Shown piece after piece: positions 50,344 to 61,835 of a stretch of 64,000 nt of DNA (its first letter is position 1; each line of letters starts with the position of its first letter). Both the position numbers and the translations under genes were made by a program. Where the stretch lies: IMG/VR virus record IMGVR_UViG_3300024270_000013, positions 48,575 to 112,574 of that record. The stretch is one strand, 5' to 3'. The stretch is from a virus. A model generated the notes under the pieces. The model was not told where the DNA came from. It saw nothing but the letters and a program-made list of their open reading frames with translations, and did not search any database.

Positions 50344-50808
50344 TTATCCTCCAACAACTTTTACATCATTTGCAATGGGACGTAAATAAAGTACCAACTC
50401 TTTTTCATCTTGTTTAGAAATTAATGTAAATATAATTTCTTCGTTATTATATATAATTTCACGAACATATCCTAATTCTTCTAATGCTTTAATAACACCA
50501 TCTGCGAGAGTATTATAGTCTTTCGGATAATGTATTGCAATAGAAGTAAATATATAATAATATTTTGCATTTAAACCGGTCATAATAGAATCAGTTAAAA
50601 TGTATATGGTACCATTTCGAACTTTAAAATTATTAATATTAATCTTTGCCTATTCTAATTCTTTTATATCATCTAAGAGACCTAAAATTGAACTAGTAGA
50701 ACGATTAATTTCTTTATAGTGTCCAGTATTGCCAATTTCTTCAAGAGTTACTTTCTAATACTTAACACCATCGTAAGTTGTAATTGTTTTTGTTTCAGCC
50801 ACAATCAC
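50344..50808 (-). CDS. Hypothetical protein, about 154 aa, with 2 in-frame TAG.
   Basis: ORF-track piece 50344-50583 extends upstream in frame across two TAGs to a GTG at 50808 that overlaps the TGA of the upstream gene (GTGA overlap). Confidence 0.45.
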
Positions 50809-51299
50809 TCACCAACCTGTACAATTCCCATGTCATAGGGGAATAGGTATAAGCAAGTGGGTTCATTCTCATATATAACCCAAACTTCAATAGCATCAGT
50901 AGCTTCAGTTAAATCGATCGCTTTCACTATACCAATATTTTGAATTACATCAACTACTTCACGAGCAAATGCGATATGCTCTTTAATCTTAAATACAGTG
51001 AAATAAGAAATCTCCTTACCGTAAAGCATATAATAATCATTATGCCAATCAGTGTCAAACTTTGTCAAAGTTTCAGACACTCGATCCCAGTCGGTCAAAT
51101 CGGGTAGCTGTGCAATAATTTGCTTATTCATATCGTAAAGTCCCATTTCTACACCAGAACTTTCCATTTTGAATTCATGCCAATTATCATTATGCCAGAT
51201 GTAATATTTGCCATCAGTAGCATTTTGCATAATTTCACCTTCAATGGGAATAAAATTCACTTGAGACAAATCCATCTTTTTGATTTTTTGTTTACCCAA
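50805..51299 (-). CDS. Hypothetical protein (164 aa)
   Basis: Probable TTG start 7 nt after AAAGGAGGG. No TAG. Confidence 0.5.
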   Translation of the reverse strand: MGKQKIKKMDLSQVNFIPIEGEIMQNATDGKYYIWHNDNWHEFKMESSGVEMGLYDMNKQIIAQLPDLTDWDRVSETLTKFDTDWHNDYYMLYGKEISYFTVFKIKEHIAFAREVVDVIQNIGIVKAIDLTEATDAIEVWVIYENEPTCLYLFPYDMGIVQVGE

Positions 51300-51338
51300 A
51301 TTATAACCCTCCTTTATCTCATTTATATAAATATTATA

Positions 51339-51821
51339 TCATTTTTTTTCGGATAAGTCAATAATACGCTGATTTCGTGAGCCTCTCATATTCAGTGTAA
51401 TATCTCGCTCTTCTTCAATATATGGACCATCAATTAAAACATCAGCTAATTCTAACGCTCCGCGCACTTGCGGATGGTTGCGATGTTGTAATTCTTCATA
51501 GGTATATCCGCTCCATATATACACCTTGACTCCTGGCACCTTATCTTTGACCTCTTTGATGACTAAATAGGTAAGAAAGGCGTTTTCGTCACAAAGAGGC
51601 TCGCCGCCCATGATACACAGATCACGCTGGATACCTTGGGCGGTGAGGCCGGTAATAATTTGATTTAGGGTGTCAGAAGTAAATTCTTTGCCTCGACCAA
51701 ACTCCCAAGTCTCTGGGTTGTGACAACCCTTACATCTGTGGGGACATCCCTGTACGAAAAAGCTCACACAAAGACCGGGGGCCGCAGTAATATCATTCAA
51801 AATGAGACCACTGTAATTCAT
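51339..51821 (-). CDS. nrdG: Anaerobic ribonucleotide reductase activating protein (radical-SAM)
   Basis: CPHRCKGC radical-SAM cysteine motif near the N-terminus. RBS AAAGGAG. Located immediately downstream of nrdD. Confidence 0.8.
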   Translation of the reverse strand: MNYSGLILNDITAAPGLCVSFFVQGCPHRCKGCHNPETWEFGRGKEFTSDTLNQIITGLTAQGIQRDLCIMGGEPLCDENAFLTYLVIKEVKDKVPGVKVYIWSGYTYEELQHRNHPQVRGALELADVLIDGPYIEEERDITLNMRGSRNQRIIDLSEKK

Positions 51822-51870
51822 ACGAACTTACTCCTTTCTAATAGCGTAGCTAATTCGTAGTTAGCTACAA

Positions 51871-54075
51871 TTAGGAAAATTGTGAATGTTTGACTCTATG
51901 TTCGACCTCTGACTGTTTTCCCTTGTTGAAATGGCGATAGTCAGTAGTCAAATAACCAGTTACACGACGCAACTGCTGAATATTGTGGCTGCCACACTCG
52001 GGACAAGCATCATTGAACTCACCCTAGAAGCCGCAATCTAAGCAGGAGTCAATGGGGAAATTGAATGCTAAATAAGGAATATCTAACTCCTTGAAAGCAT
52101 AATCAATAATCTGTTCGATAGCCTTGGTATTCTTTACGAAAGTGCTATCAAGCTCGACATAAGTAATACATCCACCAGTAGGATACTTACAGAATGGAGC
52201 CTCAACCGCAAGCTTATCGAAGATACTAATCTCATGCCATACGGGTACATGGTGGCTATTGGTTAAGAACTCATGGTCGGTAACATTAGGAATAACTCCA
52301 TATTGCTTACGCAGAGCCTTTGCAGCGGTGTGGCATAGACCTTCCGCGGGGGTAGCGTAGCAAGAGAAGTTCAAATCATGACGCTCAGAAGCTTCCTTAG
52401 CATATTCATTGATACGCTTTACAACCTTCAAAGCGAACTCGTGTACTTTTGGATCTTCGGCATGATTCTTACCAAACAATGCTTGACACATTTCGGCAAT
52501 ACCAATGTAACCCATAGCCAAAGTTCCGTGCTTCAATGCTTCGTAGTTAGATACTCGGCATTTCTGGGCGTCTTTCATAGTACCATTTTGATACATGAAA
52601 GGACCAGCCTCAGGAGGCTGATTTACCATAATATCAAAACGCTCCAAAAGACCCTGTTCGCATAACATCAATAAATCCTCGAATGCAGACCAGAAGCCAT
52701 CTAAATCCGGGGTCTCACGCTTACCTAAACAGATACCATATTCGATACCTAACTTTGGTAAAATCATAGTATTGGGGCACAGGTTACCACGACCAACGCG
52801 GTTGTAGGAATCAGTATGACGGTCATAACCTAACATTGTGCGGCAGCCCATTGTGGCGAAGTATGTGTCGGGATCATTAGGATCTTCGTGCGCCTGTGAA
52901 AAATCGCAGTTGACGAAGTTAGGATAAATTCTCTTACTCAAAGATTCGATAGCTAATTGCTTCAAATCGTAGTTTGGATCTTCTGGATTAGCATTACATC
53001 CTTGTTTATACTGGAAAATACTAATTGGGAAGATAGGAGTTAAATGGTGCTTACCAACGCCAGATAAAGAAGCTCTTAACATCTTCTCACTTACAAAACG
53101 ACCCTCGGTAGAAGTGTCACGACCGAAGTTGATAGAAGTGAAAGGAACCTGGCTACCCGCACGAGACTCCAGAGTATTTAAGTTATGATACAAAGCTTCA
53201 CTTGCCTGGATACCTTCACGCTCTAGCTGACGCATAGCAAACTTATAAGCAGGAGTATCCTTAATTGCTTCATTGTCAATTACGCAAGGCTCATACTTAG
53301 CCTTTAATACAATTTCAGCATCTTCCTTAGACAAGCCTTCAACATCAGTGAAGTAGTTACGCATATGCTTGTAGAAGCTCTTGGCAACATATGGAGCCAA
53401 GTCATAGTCAGCATGGACTGTACCAACGCCACCAAATTGAACCTGGGACTGGCATTGGAAAATAACTGCATATTGCTGACAAGCAGTATCATATTTTGAT
53501 GGTGGACGCACATCGCCGTTGCGAGTTACGAAACCATCAGTAAAAATCTTTTTGAAATCAACGAACAAGCAGTTATGTTCGCCAATATTTGTTTTCTCAT
53601 TATCGTGTTGATATAACAACATATCCTTATGAGCTTGCGCTACTTCGGGGGATAGAGTATAATCCAACGCAATTATCTTCTAAATGTCTGCGGAAGCTTC
53701 CTTCTCACGACCGGAGAAGCTCTTCTCATCAACATTCGCATTGGAATTTTCAACAGCAGTAGCTTCAGTTCTACGCATAACTGCCTTTAATAATTTACTT
53801 TGACGCATACGAGCCTTACTGCGCTCGTCACGATATAAAATGTAAGCCTTGGCAACTTCTGGATATTCACTCTTCATCAAATATCCTTCAACCAAGTCTT
53901 GAATTTGTTCGACGGACATATCGACACCGCGACTACCAATTAGATCTGCGATTTCTTCAGCAGTATCGGATTCATACACGGAGCCGTATGCGCTAATCAT
54001 AGCCTTATTGATGGCATTTACAATCTTATCGGGATTGAATAGAACTCTTGTACCATCTCTTTTAATTACATGCAT
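51871..54075 (-). CDS. nrdD: Anaerobic ribonucleoside-triphosphate reductase (class III), about 734 aa, read through 2 in-frame TAG.
   Basis: N-terminal ATP cone (MHVIKRDGTRVLFNPDKIVNAI…), then TAG at 53677-53679, then the catalytic core (ORF 52024-53667), then TAG at 52022-52024, then the C-terminal CPECGSH Zn-ribbon and glycine-radical motif RVTGYL. Ends at TAA 51871-51873. RBS GGAGGT 7 nt before ATG 54075. Confidence 0.85.
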
Positions 54076-54162
54076 ACTAATTACCTCCATTATAAAATAC
54101 TATATCTTGTGGAGAGCGTAAAAACTCTCTACAAAATATAGCGTTTTATCTTGATCTATTAA

Positions 54163-54754
54163 TCAATGTCGTCCTTGCGCGAGCATGTCCTCGATCTGGC
54201 CTGCAATCTGCTCGGCGTTCGCATAGAAATCGTCAAAAGTCTCGTTGACAACTTCGGTGTAGTCAAAATCAATATCAGCAAAATCTTCTTCATCAGCATT
54301 GAAGCGACGAACAATCTCTTTAACGTCGGGATTTTCCTCTCGACTAAGCTGACGATATAAGCGCTGTTTATCAGAAACAGTTACCCAATAAACAGTGACT
54401 TCACAATCCGGCCGGTCAAGCAACTGCCGCACACCCGCAGGATTGAAAACACCGATATTGATAATGCCATCGCTGCGTACAGACTCATAACTAGTACCAT
54501 ACCACCAATTGTTGAAATTAGTAAATTCCAACATTTCATCATTCATAATTTTCATTGCAAAATCATCGGGATGATAGTAATAGTAATTGATGCCGTGAGC
54601 TTCGCCCTCTCGCATTGGTCTACTGGTACAGCTTACGATCTCGTGGACCTCAGAAATAATTTTCTTTTCAGCGAGTAATTTTAATACCTATTTCATCAAT
54701 GAGTCTTTACCAGCGCCGCCTTTACCCATAAAAAGAACTATTTTATACATTTTC
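54163..54754 (-). CDS. Guanylate-kinase-like nucleoside monophosphate kinase, about 196 aa, with one in-frame TAG.
   Basis: P-loop GKGGAGKDS, then TAG, then the TSRPMREGEAHGINYYY guanylate-kinase motif. RBS GAGGAGG before ATG 54754. Confidence 0.65.
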
Positions 54755-54964
54755 ATTGTCCTCCTCAAACTCATATTGAATTTTTCCGGGGACTTCATGC
54801 GCCCAGAAGGTAGCACGACCATCGCAGTCGGGGTTACTGCAACGGAATGGGTATTGCTCGGGGTAGGTAGAATATACCATCCCCGTGCTCACCATTTTAC
54901 TACCACACTTATCGCAGAACGCTTCTAATACATATGCTTTTTTTACATATCTCTTAGTCAACAT
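54743..54964 (-). CDS. Small zinc-ribbon protein (73 aa)
   Basis: CDKC…CSNPDC C4 arrangement. RBS AAGGAGG. Overlaps the 3' end of dnaE. Confidence 0.45.
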   Translation of the reverse strand: MLTKRYVKKAYVLEAFCDKCGSKMVSTGMVYSTYPEQYPFRCSNPDCDGRATFWAHEVPGKIQYEFEEDNENV

Positions 54965-57900
54965 CTTCTGCAGTGCCTCCTTGATAACGACTATCTTGTA
55001 ATACTAAGTCACCATTATCCAAGATCTCATTGATACGATATAGCTGATGTCCGCCAGTAGAAGCATACTTCTTAGAAACAAAATCATCACCGCTGCGGAT
55101 TCCCGTTACGACGATCATATTACCGCGGTTGAACCAACTCTTCTCAACGACGTGCTTGACGCCATCTGCGCCACGCTCGGAGATCTGCTTATCGAACATC
55201 GCAAAATATTCTTTTCTGAATTTGACATTTACAACACCTGTTGTTGTCAAAATGGTAACTGTACTCTTAGTCTTATTCTTTGCAATACAAGTTCCGCAAA
55301 TACGATTCAAATGAAAGATATGAATGTCTTTGCCTCCCTTATGGAATGTCTTTTCAATGATCGGATCTTCTGGCAATAGGTTGAAATCAACAAAGCCATA
55401 TTTATCATTATTGACATTTTGCAATTCGTGGTCATGATAATAGAAGCACAAGACTTCCATCTCCCACGCAGAGATAGTACCCTTCGCATATTTATTCCAA
55501 TCTTCCATGAAGATTTCTGTATTCAGCGCATTTAAGATTGTATCTTTTTCTGCGGCGATCCACTTTCTGAATACATCCATATGCTTCTGGTATACATTAT
55601 CCCAAGCCTTAGTTTTTATATACCAAGACACATTATCTGTTGTCATAAGATTTTCGCAATCAATCTCCTGCAAGAAAGCGATTGCTCTCGTATCAAGACT
55701 ATACATATCCTTATAAGCATACTTATCAGCCTTAGTAATTGCCTTCAAATATCTATTGAACTCATATACTCGACGAGCGAGAATTTGCTCTTCAGTTTTT
55801 TCAGGCAATAATCCGTGCTTGATAAGTCCACCCATATTTTGTAAGGTGATACGACTCTTCTTATCACAAGTCTCCCAGATATACCAAGCCATTACAAATT
55901 GACGCTCTTCCATATCGTCAAATGCGCCACCCTTGATAAGGGCAATCATAGCTTGCTTACTGGGTCTAACTCTATTCAAGAAATCTTTTGGAGAGCTATA
56001 AGGTCTGTTTTCAATAATGCTGGCAATCAAATCATCGCCCACATTCAACATACCTTTCAATCCAAAAAGAATTCGATTATTTTCTACATCTGGAGCAAAT
56101 CCAAAATCTGATTTATTAATGTTTGCCAAGCTAACTTTAATTCCTGCACCAGTGATATCACCGATTGCTTTGGCAATTTTTCCATAATCAGTTGAACCTC
56201 CTGCTTCTTCATCAGTTGCACCACTGTTTACAATCAAACAAGCAGTATTCCAATAAATTGGATTGAAATTCATAACAAAGTAAATTGATTGAATACCAAC
56301 AAAAGAATAAGGCAGAGAGTGGTTCAGACTAAATGCATATCCTAACTGGGGTGCAATTGCATTTTCCCAGAAATAATTTGCCGACTGAACCCGGTCAAAT
56401 TTACTATAGACCTGTTCGCGCAATTCCGGAATCTTACTCATTTGCTTCTTACCAACAATCTTTCTCGCATTATTGGCTTCACCTAATGTGAAATTTGCAA
56501 CATCCATAAGTAATTCCATCATCTGCTCCTGGATAGCACAACAACCCCAGTATTGGTCACAATGCTTATGCATTAGCGCAATCATATTTTGATCCAGACC
56601 AGCTTCGTGCATTTCTCGATCAAATTCTTCCAATCCTCGCTTTTGGATACGAACATATCTATCTTGCTGAGATTCCTTGCCTTTTTCAGACATAAGTCTC
56701 ATCATTGCGTTCGCCGCAGTCATCTCCATAGGATTCTTTGGTTTCAACTTTTTTGCAATAGCTAATCCAACGCCAGTGCTGAACTGGAACACATCCAGAA
56801 CATCACCGGCCGCAAGATGCTCCCAAATGCGGGGATCAGTTGTATCAATCACTTCTGGATGAATATACTTATTATATAGATTACGCAAACCAATATCTTC
56901 AATTACTTTATCTGCGGTAAGTAATTCAAAACATTTGATAATCTTATCTGAAATTTCAGTTACCAAGAAGTCATACTTGGTATCACCTGCGGCCTCTGCT
57001 TTATGCAGGTCATAGCAGGTAATCAAATCTCCACTTGGAGTTCTCATAAATGCCGCAGTTTCAAACGGGTCACTACCATATAAGATAACACCCGAAGCGT
57101 GAGAAGAACGCTTATTTACTAGTCCTTCAATTGACTGAATAATAGCCAATAGACCAGGATAGTTATTTACTTCTCGAATGAATGGAGCAACGGGTTTTCT
57201 ATCTTTCTCCTCATTGCCGTTGATAACATCACTAATCGGCCATAAGAATCCACGCTCTTGGGGGATTAGAGAAGACATGTACTGGGCTTGATCGACATCG
57301 ATTCCATCTGGGAAATCCTCGCTTCGATAACCGCGGCAAGCCGTGAGTACAGCTGATTTCGTTCCTTCTGTTCCGAAGGTTGCGACCTGGATAAGTCCCA
57401 ACTCTCCACGCTCTTTACGAATTGCTTCAAAAATTGCGGGTCGTTTTGATGGAGCGAGGTCAATGTCAATATCGGGCAACTCGGCTCTCTCCTTATTAAG
57501 GAAACGCCAGTAAGGTAGATTCCATCTGATGGGGTCGAGCTGCGTGATGCCCAAGAGGTAGTTAGACAAAAATCCTGTGGCCGAGCCTCGACCTGGGCCA
57601 ACAATTGAGCCACACTCCCAGAATAGGTCGATGTAATGCTTGAAGGTGTTGAAATAGGCGAATAGACAGTCATCTAATTTCTCTCCAATATCTAAAATAA
57701 CATCAGCTTCGGTTTCTAATCTCTGCCAATATTCAACTTTATCTTGTAAGCCTTTTTCATTTAGGCTCTTCGCGCACTCATATAGCCAATATCTCTCTTG
57801 GACGTTACCATCAACTAACAAATGCGCTAAACATGGATAGAACTTATTTAGGTTCCAATCGATTTCATATGGAATGTACTCTTGAATTTCTCGTTCAGAA

Positions 57901-58847
57901 TGAGTTGGCAGAGGAATCTTAGGAATCATCTGTTTACGCTCTAAAGAGTATGAAGTATATTGTTCACCCAATTTACGAGAGTTTTCTAAGATTTCAGTGA
58001 CAATATAATCATTTCCAAAGCAATGATGCAATAGTTTATAAACTTCATCATATGACATCAAATGAGCAAACTCATAGAAACTATCAACCTCACGCTCGCC
58101 GCCCTTAGAATTTAGATAAGACTTATGGACGTATCTATCTTCCTTGGTGAGATAGTGAGAGTCAGTACCAACAATCAAAGGAATATCATATGCTTTTGCA
58201 ATACGATATAACTTGCGGTTGGTGATACATTGATCCTCAGCGGTTGAAGGCGCACATTCAATATAGAAATCATTACCGAACACATCAAGACAATACTTGA
58301 TGAAATCGCAAATTTGATTATAAAACACTCCTGCGGAAATCTTATCATTGACATTTTCAGCGCAGGCCATGTTGTATGCGGCGGTGGATAACTCGCCACC
58401 CATACAGGCGGTTGAAGCAATTACATGCCCCTTATACTTCGCCATAATGGTTGCCAATTCGTCTTTGGTAATGGGCACGCGCTCCATACCTCGATCGACA
58501 TAGGAATGATACCAAGCAGTTGAGCTCAATTCACGCAGAGCCTTGTGTCCGATTTCATCCTTGGCAGTTAGAATAAAGTGATAATATTTGATACCACTCT
58601 CTCGTTTATCTACTAAATAAACCTCATTGCCTAAAACAATTACAAAATCGGGATACTTCTCCTTTATCTTCTAAGCATACTGATTGACTTCCATATGTCC
58701 GGATAGACATTCGTGGTCTGTAATCGCAATGCCGGAAAGACCCAATTCAATTGCTTTGTCAATGAGGTCCTTAGGTCTATTGATACAATCGAGTAAGCGG
58801 ATATTCGAATACATTGTATGGTTGTGAATATTGAAATATGTTCCCAT
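54954..58847 (-). CDS. dnaE: DNA polymerase III alpha subunit (DnaE-type), about 1297 aa, with one in-frame TAG in the PHP domain.
   Basis: ORF 54954-58529 carries the Pol III alpha core (…GPGRGSATGFLSNYLLGITQLDPIRWNLPYWRFLNKERAELPDIDIDL…). The N-terminal PHP domain (MGTYFNIHNHTMYSNIRLLD…ITDHECLSG…) lies upstream in the same frame, separated only by TAG 58670-58672. ATG 58847 is preceded by GAAAGGGATAATCGA. Confidence 0.85.
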
Positions 58848-58882
58848 TCGATTATCCCTTTCAATTTGATTTCTTATACTAT

Positions 58883-58911
58883 ATTATACCAATTTTTTTC
58901 TCTATTGTCAA
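58883..58911 (-). promoter_or_regulatory. Perfect sigma-70 consensus promoter on the minus strand: TTGACA, 17 bp spacer, TATAAT. It lies upstream of dnaE.
   Basis: Reverse complement: TTGACA at 58911-58906, a 17-nt spacer, and TATAAT at 58888-58883. Overlaps the 3' end of the helicase gene. Confidence 0.65.
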
Positions 58912-60083
58912 CTATCTCGCACGATAACGAGCTTTTCTTTGGCGCGCGTAGCAGCTGTATATAGCCACTCTGCATGGTGTCCACCACGCAAAAATTCTTC
59001 AAAAACAAGAACTTTATCATATTCACTACCCTGCGCCTTATGGGTAGTAATACAATAACCATAGTCGAATTCACGGGGGCGCCAAATCTTAGGGAAGCGC
59101 TTCCAGTTCTGCGCGGTTACGGTCGGCTCACCAGTAGTGAGTAATCTGTAATCCATATTTACACCACGGAAAATCAAATCCTGTGGAGAGTTTTCAACAT
59201 CATCGTCTGAATAATCATCAGACCAAAAATCGCAAACCATCATCGGCCGCAAATAAGGATTGTTATTCAACAAATCAATCTTAGTAAGTGTGCCAATAGT
59301 GCCATTCACCATTACATCGCCCGCTTCACTCGGATGATCCCAGTCATTCCGCAAACAAATAACCTTATCTCCTACTATTGGAGTCGGATCGTCAATGTCA
59401 TGTAAATACTTACGCATAAGATGATTTACCGTACGGCGTGTCTCATTCTTTGCTACAAGGATCTGGTCGGCCCAAGTATACATACCAGACACAACATCTT
59501 TCTTATCAATGATTTGCACTTCGTTTCCTCGGAAGAGTTCGAGAGGTTTGCCGTCTCGAATATCCATAGTCAAACGAATGATTTCACTCTCCTGGGCTTG
59601 GCGCATAATCTCATCCAAGAAAATGTGCGGATGGTCGAGCACTCCATTAGACTCACCAATAGGAGGAAGCTGGCCGGGGTCGCCAAGAGCAATAACATGA
59701 ATACGATGTGAAGTCAACAAATCCCAAATCTCTTTTGGAAGCATTGAAATTTCATCGACAACAATCAACTTATATGGATAGTCCAGAGGTCTACGAGGTT
59801 TGTGATAGAATGTTCCATCATTGCGAGGATAGGACTGATATAACAGTCTGTGTGCGGTCATGGCATTCTCGCATCCTTTTTCACGCAAAACCTTTGCGGC
59901 CTTGCCTGTGAATGCGATATAACAAACCTCTGCGGGATATAGACCCAGCGCTGCAACGATAAACTTCACAAGTGTACTCTTACCAGTACCAGCGTAACCG
60001 GCGATACAGGTCCAGGGTTCATTGTTCTTATAGCGGGCGACCGCAATCTTTAATCCCTCTTCCTATTTAGCAGTAAGTACCAT
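58908..60083 (-). CDS. SF1 RecD/Dda-like DNA helicase, about 391 aa, with one in-frame TAG near the N-terminus.
   Basis: Walker A AGYAGTGKST just upstream of ORF 58908-59969, reached across TAG 60064-60066. Also VVDEISM, GDPGQLPPI and TTHKAQGSEYDKVLV motifs. Start ATG 60083 lies 6 nt after GGAGG. Confidence 0.75.
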
Positions 60084-60354
60084 TTTCATCCTCCTTTGGA
60101 TGGGCGTGAACCAGCTGTTCTAATGTCATATAAAAATGCTGCTTACGACCATTCATACGCCGACGCGCGTCAACGGGGTCAATATGATCGGCTCTAGACA
60201 TATACGCAGCCAATTCATCACAGACTTCGGCATATCTAAAATAGATACTATCAAATCCAAAATCTAAACGGTCTTTTACCAATTCATCGAAATCTTCTCT
60301 TGGTAATCTTACAATATCCAATTTTTCTTTCAGACTTTTTGCGTAATCCGTCAT
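60067..60354 (-). CDS. Hypothetical protein (95 aa)
   Basis: RBS AAAGGTGAG. No TAG. Confidence 0.45.
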   Translation of the reverse strand: MTDYAKSLKEKLDIVRLPREDFDELVKDRLDFGFDSIYFRYAEVCDELAAYMSRADHIDPVDARRRMNGRKQHFYMTLEQLVHAHPKEDENGTYC

Positions 60355-60402
60355 TTTATTCTCACCTTTTTATTTTTATTATACCAAAATATTTTATATA
60401 AA

Positions 60403-60845
60403 TCAATTCAAAAACATATTGGTCTTGTCTAAGTTTATAATATCATCAGACCAACCAATATCTCCCAAAATAAGAAAATCCTCACTGGGAACAATTCGAT
60501 TTGAAATTTCTAAACCGCCTTTTTGATTTGAGTTTTCGGTCTTGGCGTCCAATGCCGATCGGAGCTCGTCTATTTGCATTTCTACCAAGTCTGTCCGAGC
60601 GCTATTAGCGGCATCCGCACAATCCACATCATACCTCAAATCACTCATTGAATCCTTTATGGCAGTGATTTCAGTAGTCGCCCAATCCATCTGTTGCATC
60701 AACTCTGATAACTTACGCAGAGCTTCTGTCATTTGCTATGTGGTACAGCCGACTTGGGCCACCACTGAACTCAAACTTATTGTAGCGTCTGATACGCTTG
60801 GTAAGTTTAGCATAATATCATTTTGTATCTATTTCAAAACTGCCA
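60403..60845 (-). CDS. Hypothetical coiled-coil protein, about 147 aa, with 2 in-frame TAG.
   Basis: ATG 60845 lies 8 nt after AGGAG. ORF-track piece 60403-60732 extends upstream in frame across TAGs. Confidence 0.4.
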
Positions 60846-60859
60846 TCTTTCCATCTCCT

Positions 60860-60905
60860 ATAAACAAAAATAAGGGTTATATAGGGGCGAACCCCTATAT
60901 AACCT
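60860..60905 (-). terminator. Rho-independent terminator on the minus strand
   Basis: GGTTATATAGGGGTTCGCCCCTATATAACC, a 13-bp stem, followed by CTTATTTTTGTTT on the minus strand. Confidence 0.7.
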
Positions 60906-60911
60906 ATTTAC

Positions 60912-61802
60912 TTACCCTACGAAATACTCGTAAGCTCGTCTTGCGTATCCTCTACGAGGCGCTCTATGTCCTTCACCACAACGCTCGAAATAACAAGCGA
61001 AGGCGTAGGCACATTCTTCCGGAGTGTCGGCTTCCATGATTTGCTCGAGTTGCCAATTTGTAACTTGTTTGGTAACTCCATCAGTGCCGTGCAACTCATC
61101 GTGCATAAAATTGAGCTGATCTTCAATACTTGGATTTTCTCCGTAAATTGAAAATAGTTGACGCTTGCGGCCGCCTAGCCACTGAATCATACCGAAACCA
61201 CTTGAGCTATGTACGTCCCAATCGAGATCGGAAGTCCAGCAACCGCCGCACTCAGCCATCATATTACCCATAATACCGGCGCACACAGTATCACTATAAC
61301 CCAGCTCATTCTTCATATAGAGCCAGACTTGAGTAGCAACTGGATACTCGGCCGCACGCTTCTCCCATTTGAGTTTCTCTTCCCAAATTGAGAATTGCTC
61401 TTGGTAATACTCAACTTCAATTGTTGCATTTTCAATATCGGTTTTAGCTAATACTACTGCGGGATGGTCGTCCGCATAACCGAGAGTTAGGAAACCTTGA
61501 TAGATGGTTTCAGTAAGCTCCTGGCGAGCAATAGCTTCTTCCAATAGAGAAGTAGCTTCATCATATGTAGTAGGTTCAACACGCTTGAACTCCACGGTAT
61601 CTAATACAATAACTACCTCTTCTGGTTCAGTAGACTCAGTATCTACTGGAAAGGTGGTAGTCTCAGAAGGGATGTAATCTTCCGAAAAAGTAGCAACTGG
61701 ATTGGTGTCTGCGACCACAGTACCTGCTGCATATGCAATAACACTTAGAGTGCTAATAAACATGGCTATAATCAACAATACACCGATAATTTTCTGTTTC
61801 AT
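60912..61802 (-). CDS. Secreted lysozyme-like/peptidoglycan hydrolase-like protein (296 aa). Candidate Sec-dependent endolysin or virion-associated lysin.
   Basis: N-terminal signal peptide (MKQKIIGVLLIIAMFISTLSVIAYAAG) and a Thr/Glu/Pro-rich linker. The C-terminal domain carries a DTVCAGIMGNMMAECGG motif resembling phage tail-lysozyme-like domains. The family assignment is from memory. Confidence 0.5.
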   Translation of the reverse strand: MKQKIIGVLLIIAMFISTLSVIAYAAGTVVADTNPVATFSEDYIPSETTTFPVDTESTEPEEVVIVLDTVEFKRVEPTTYDEATSLLEEAIARQELTETIYQGFLTLGYADDHPAVVLAKTDIENATIEVEYYQEQFSIWEEKLKWEKRAAEYPVATQVWLYMKNELGYSDTVCAGIMGNMMAECGGCWTSDLDWDVHSSSGFGMIQWLGGRKRQLFSIYGENPSIEDQLNFMHDELHGTDGVTKQVTNWQLEQIMEADTPEECAYAFACYFERCGEGHRAPRRGYARRAYEYFVG

Positions 61803-61835
61803 AATTTCCTCCTAATATTACTATCAGGCCGTCAA

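Noticed and set aside
51822-51870. Inverted repeat GTAGCTAATTCGTAGTTAGCTAC between nrdD and nrdG.
   Set aside because: It is a short intergenic hairpin overlapping the nrdG RBS region. It is too small for a mobile element and may modulate coupling, but it is not called as a feature.
55047-56111. Several plus-strand ORFs of 60-110 aa overlapping dnaE.
   Set aside because: They are antisense to a gene with unambiguous Pol III alpha homology and are spurious.
60542-61039. 165-aa plus-strand ORF.
   Set aside because: It overlaps two minus-strand genes and a minus-strand terminator in antisense, with no RBS.
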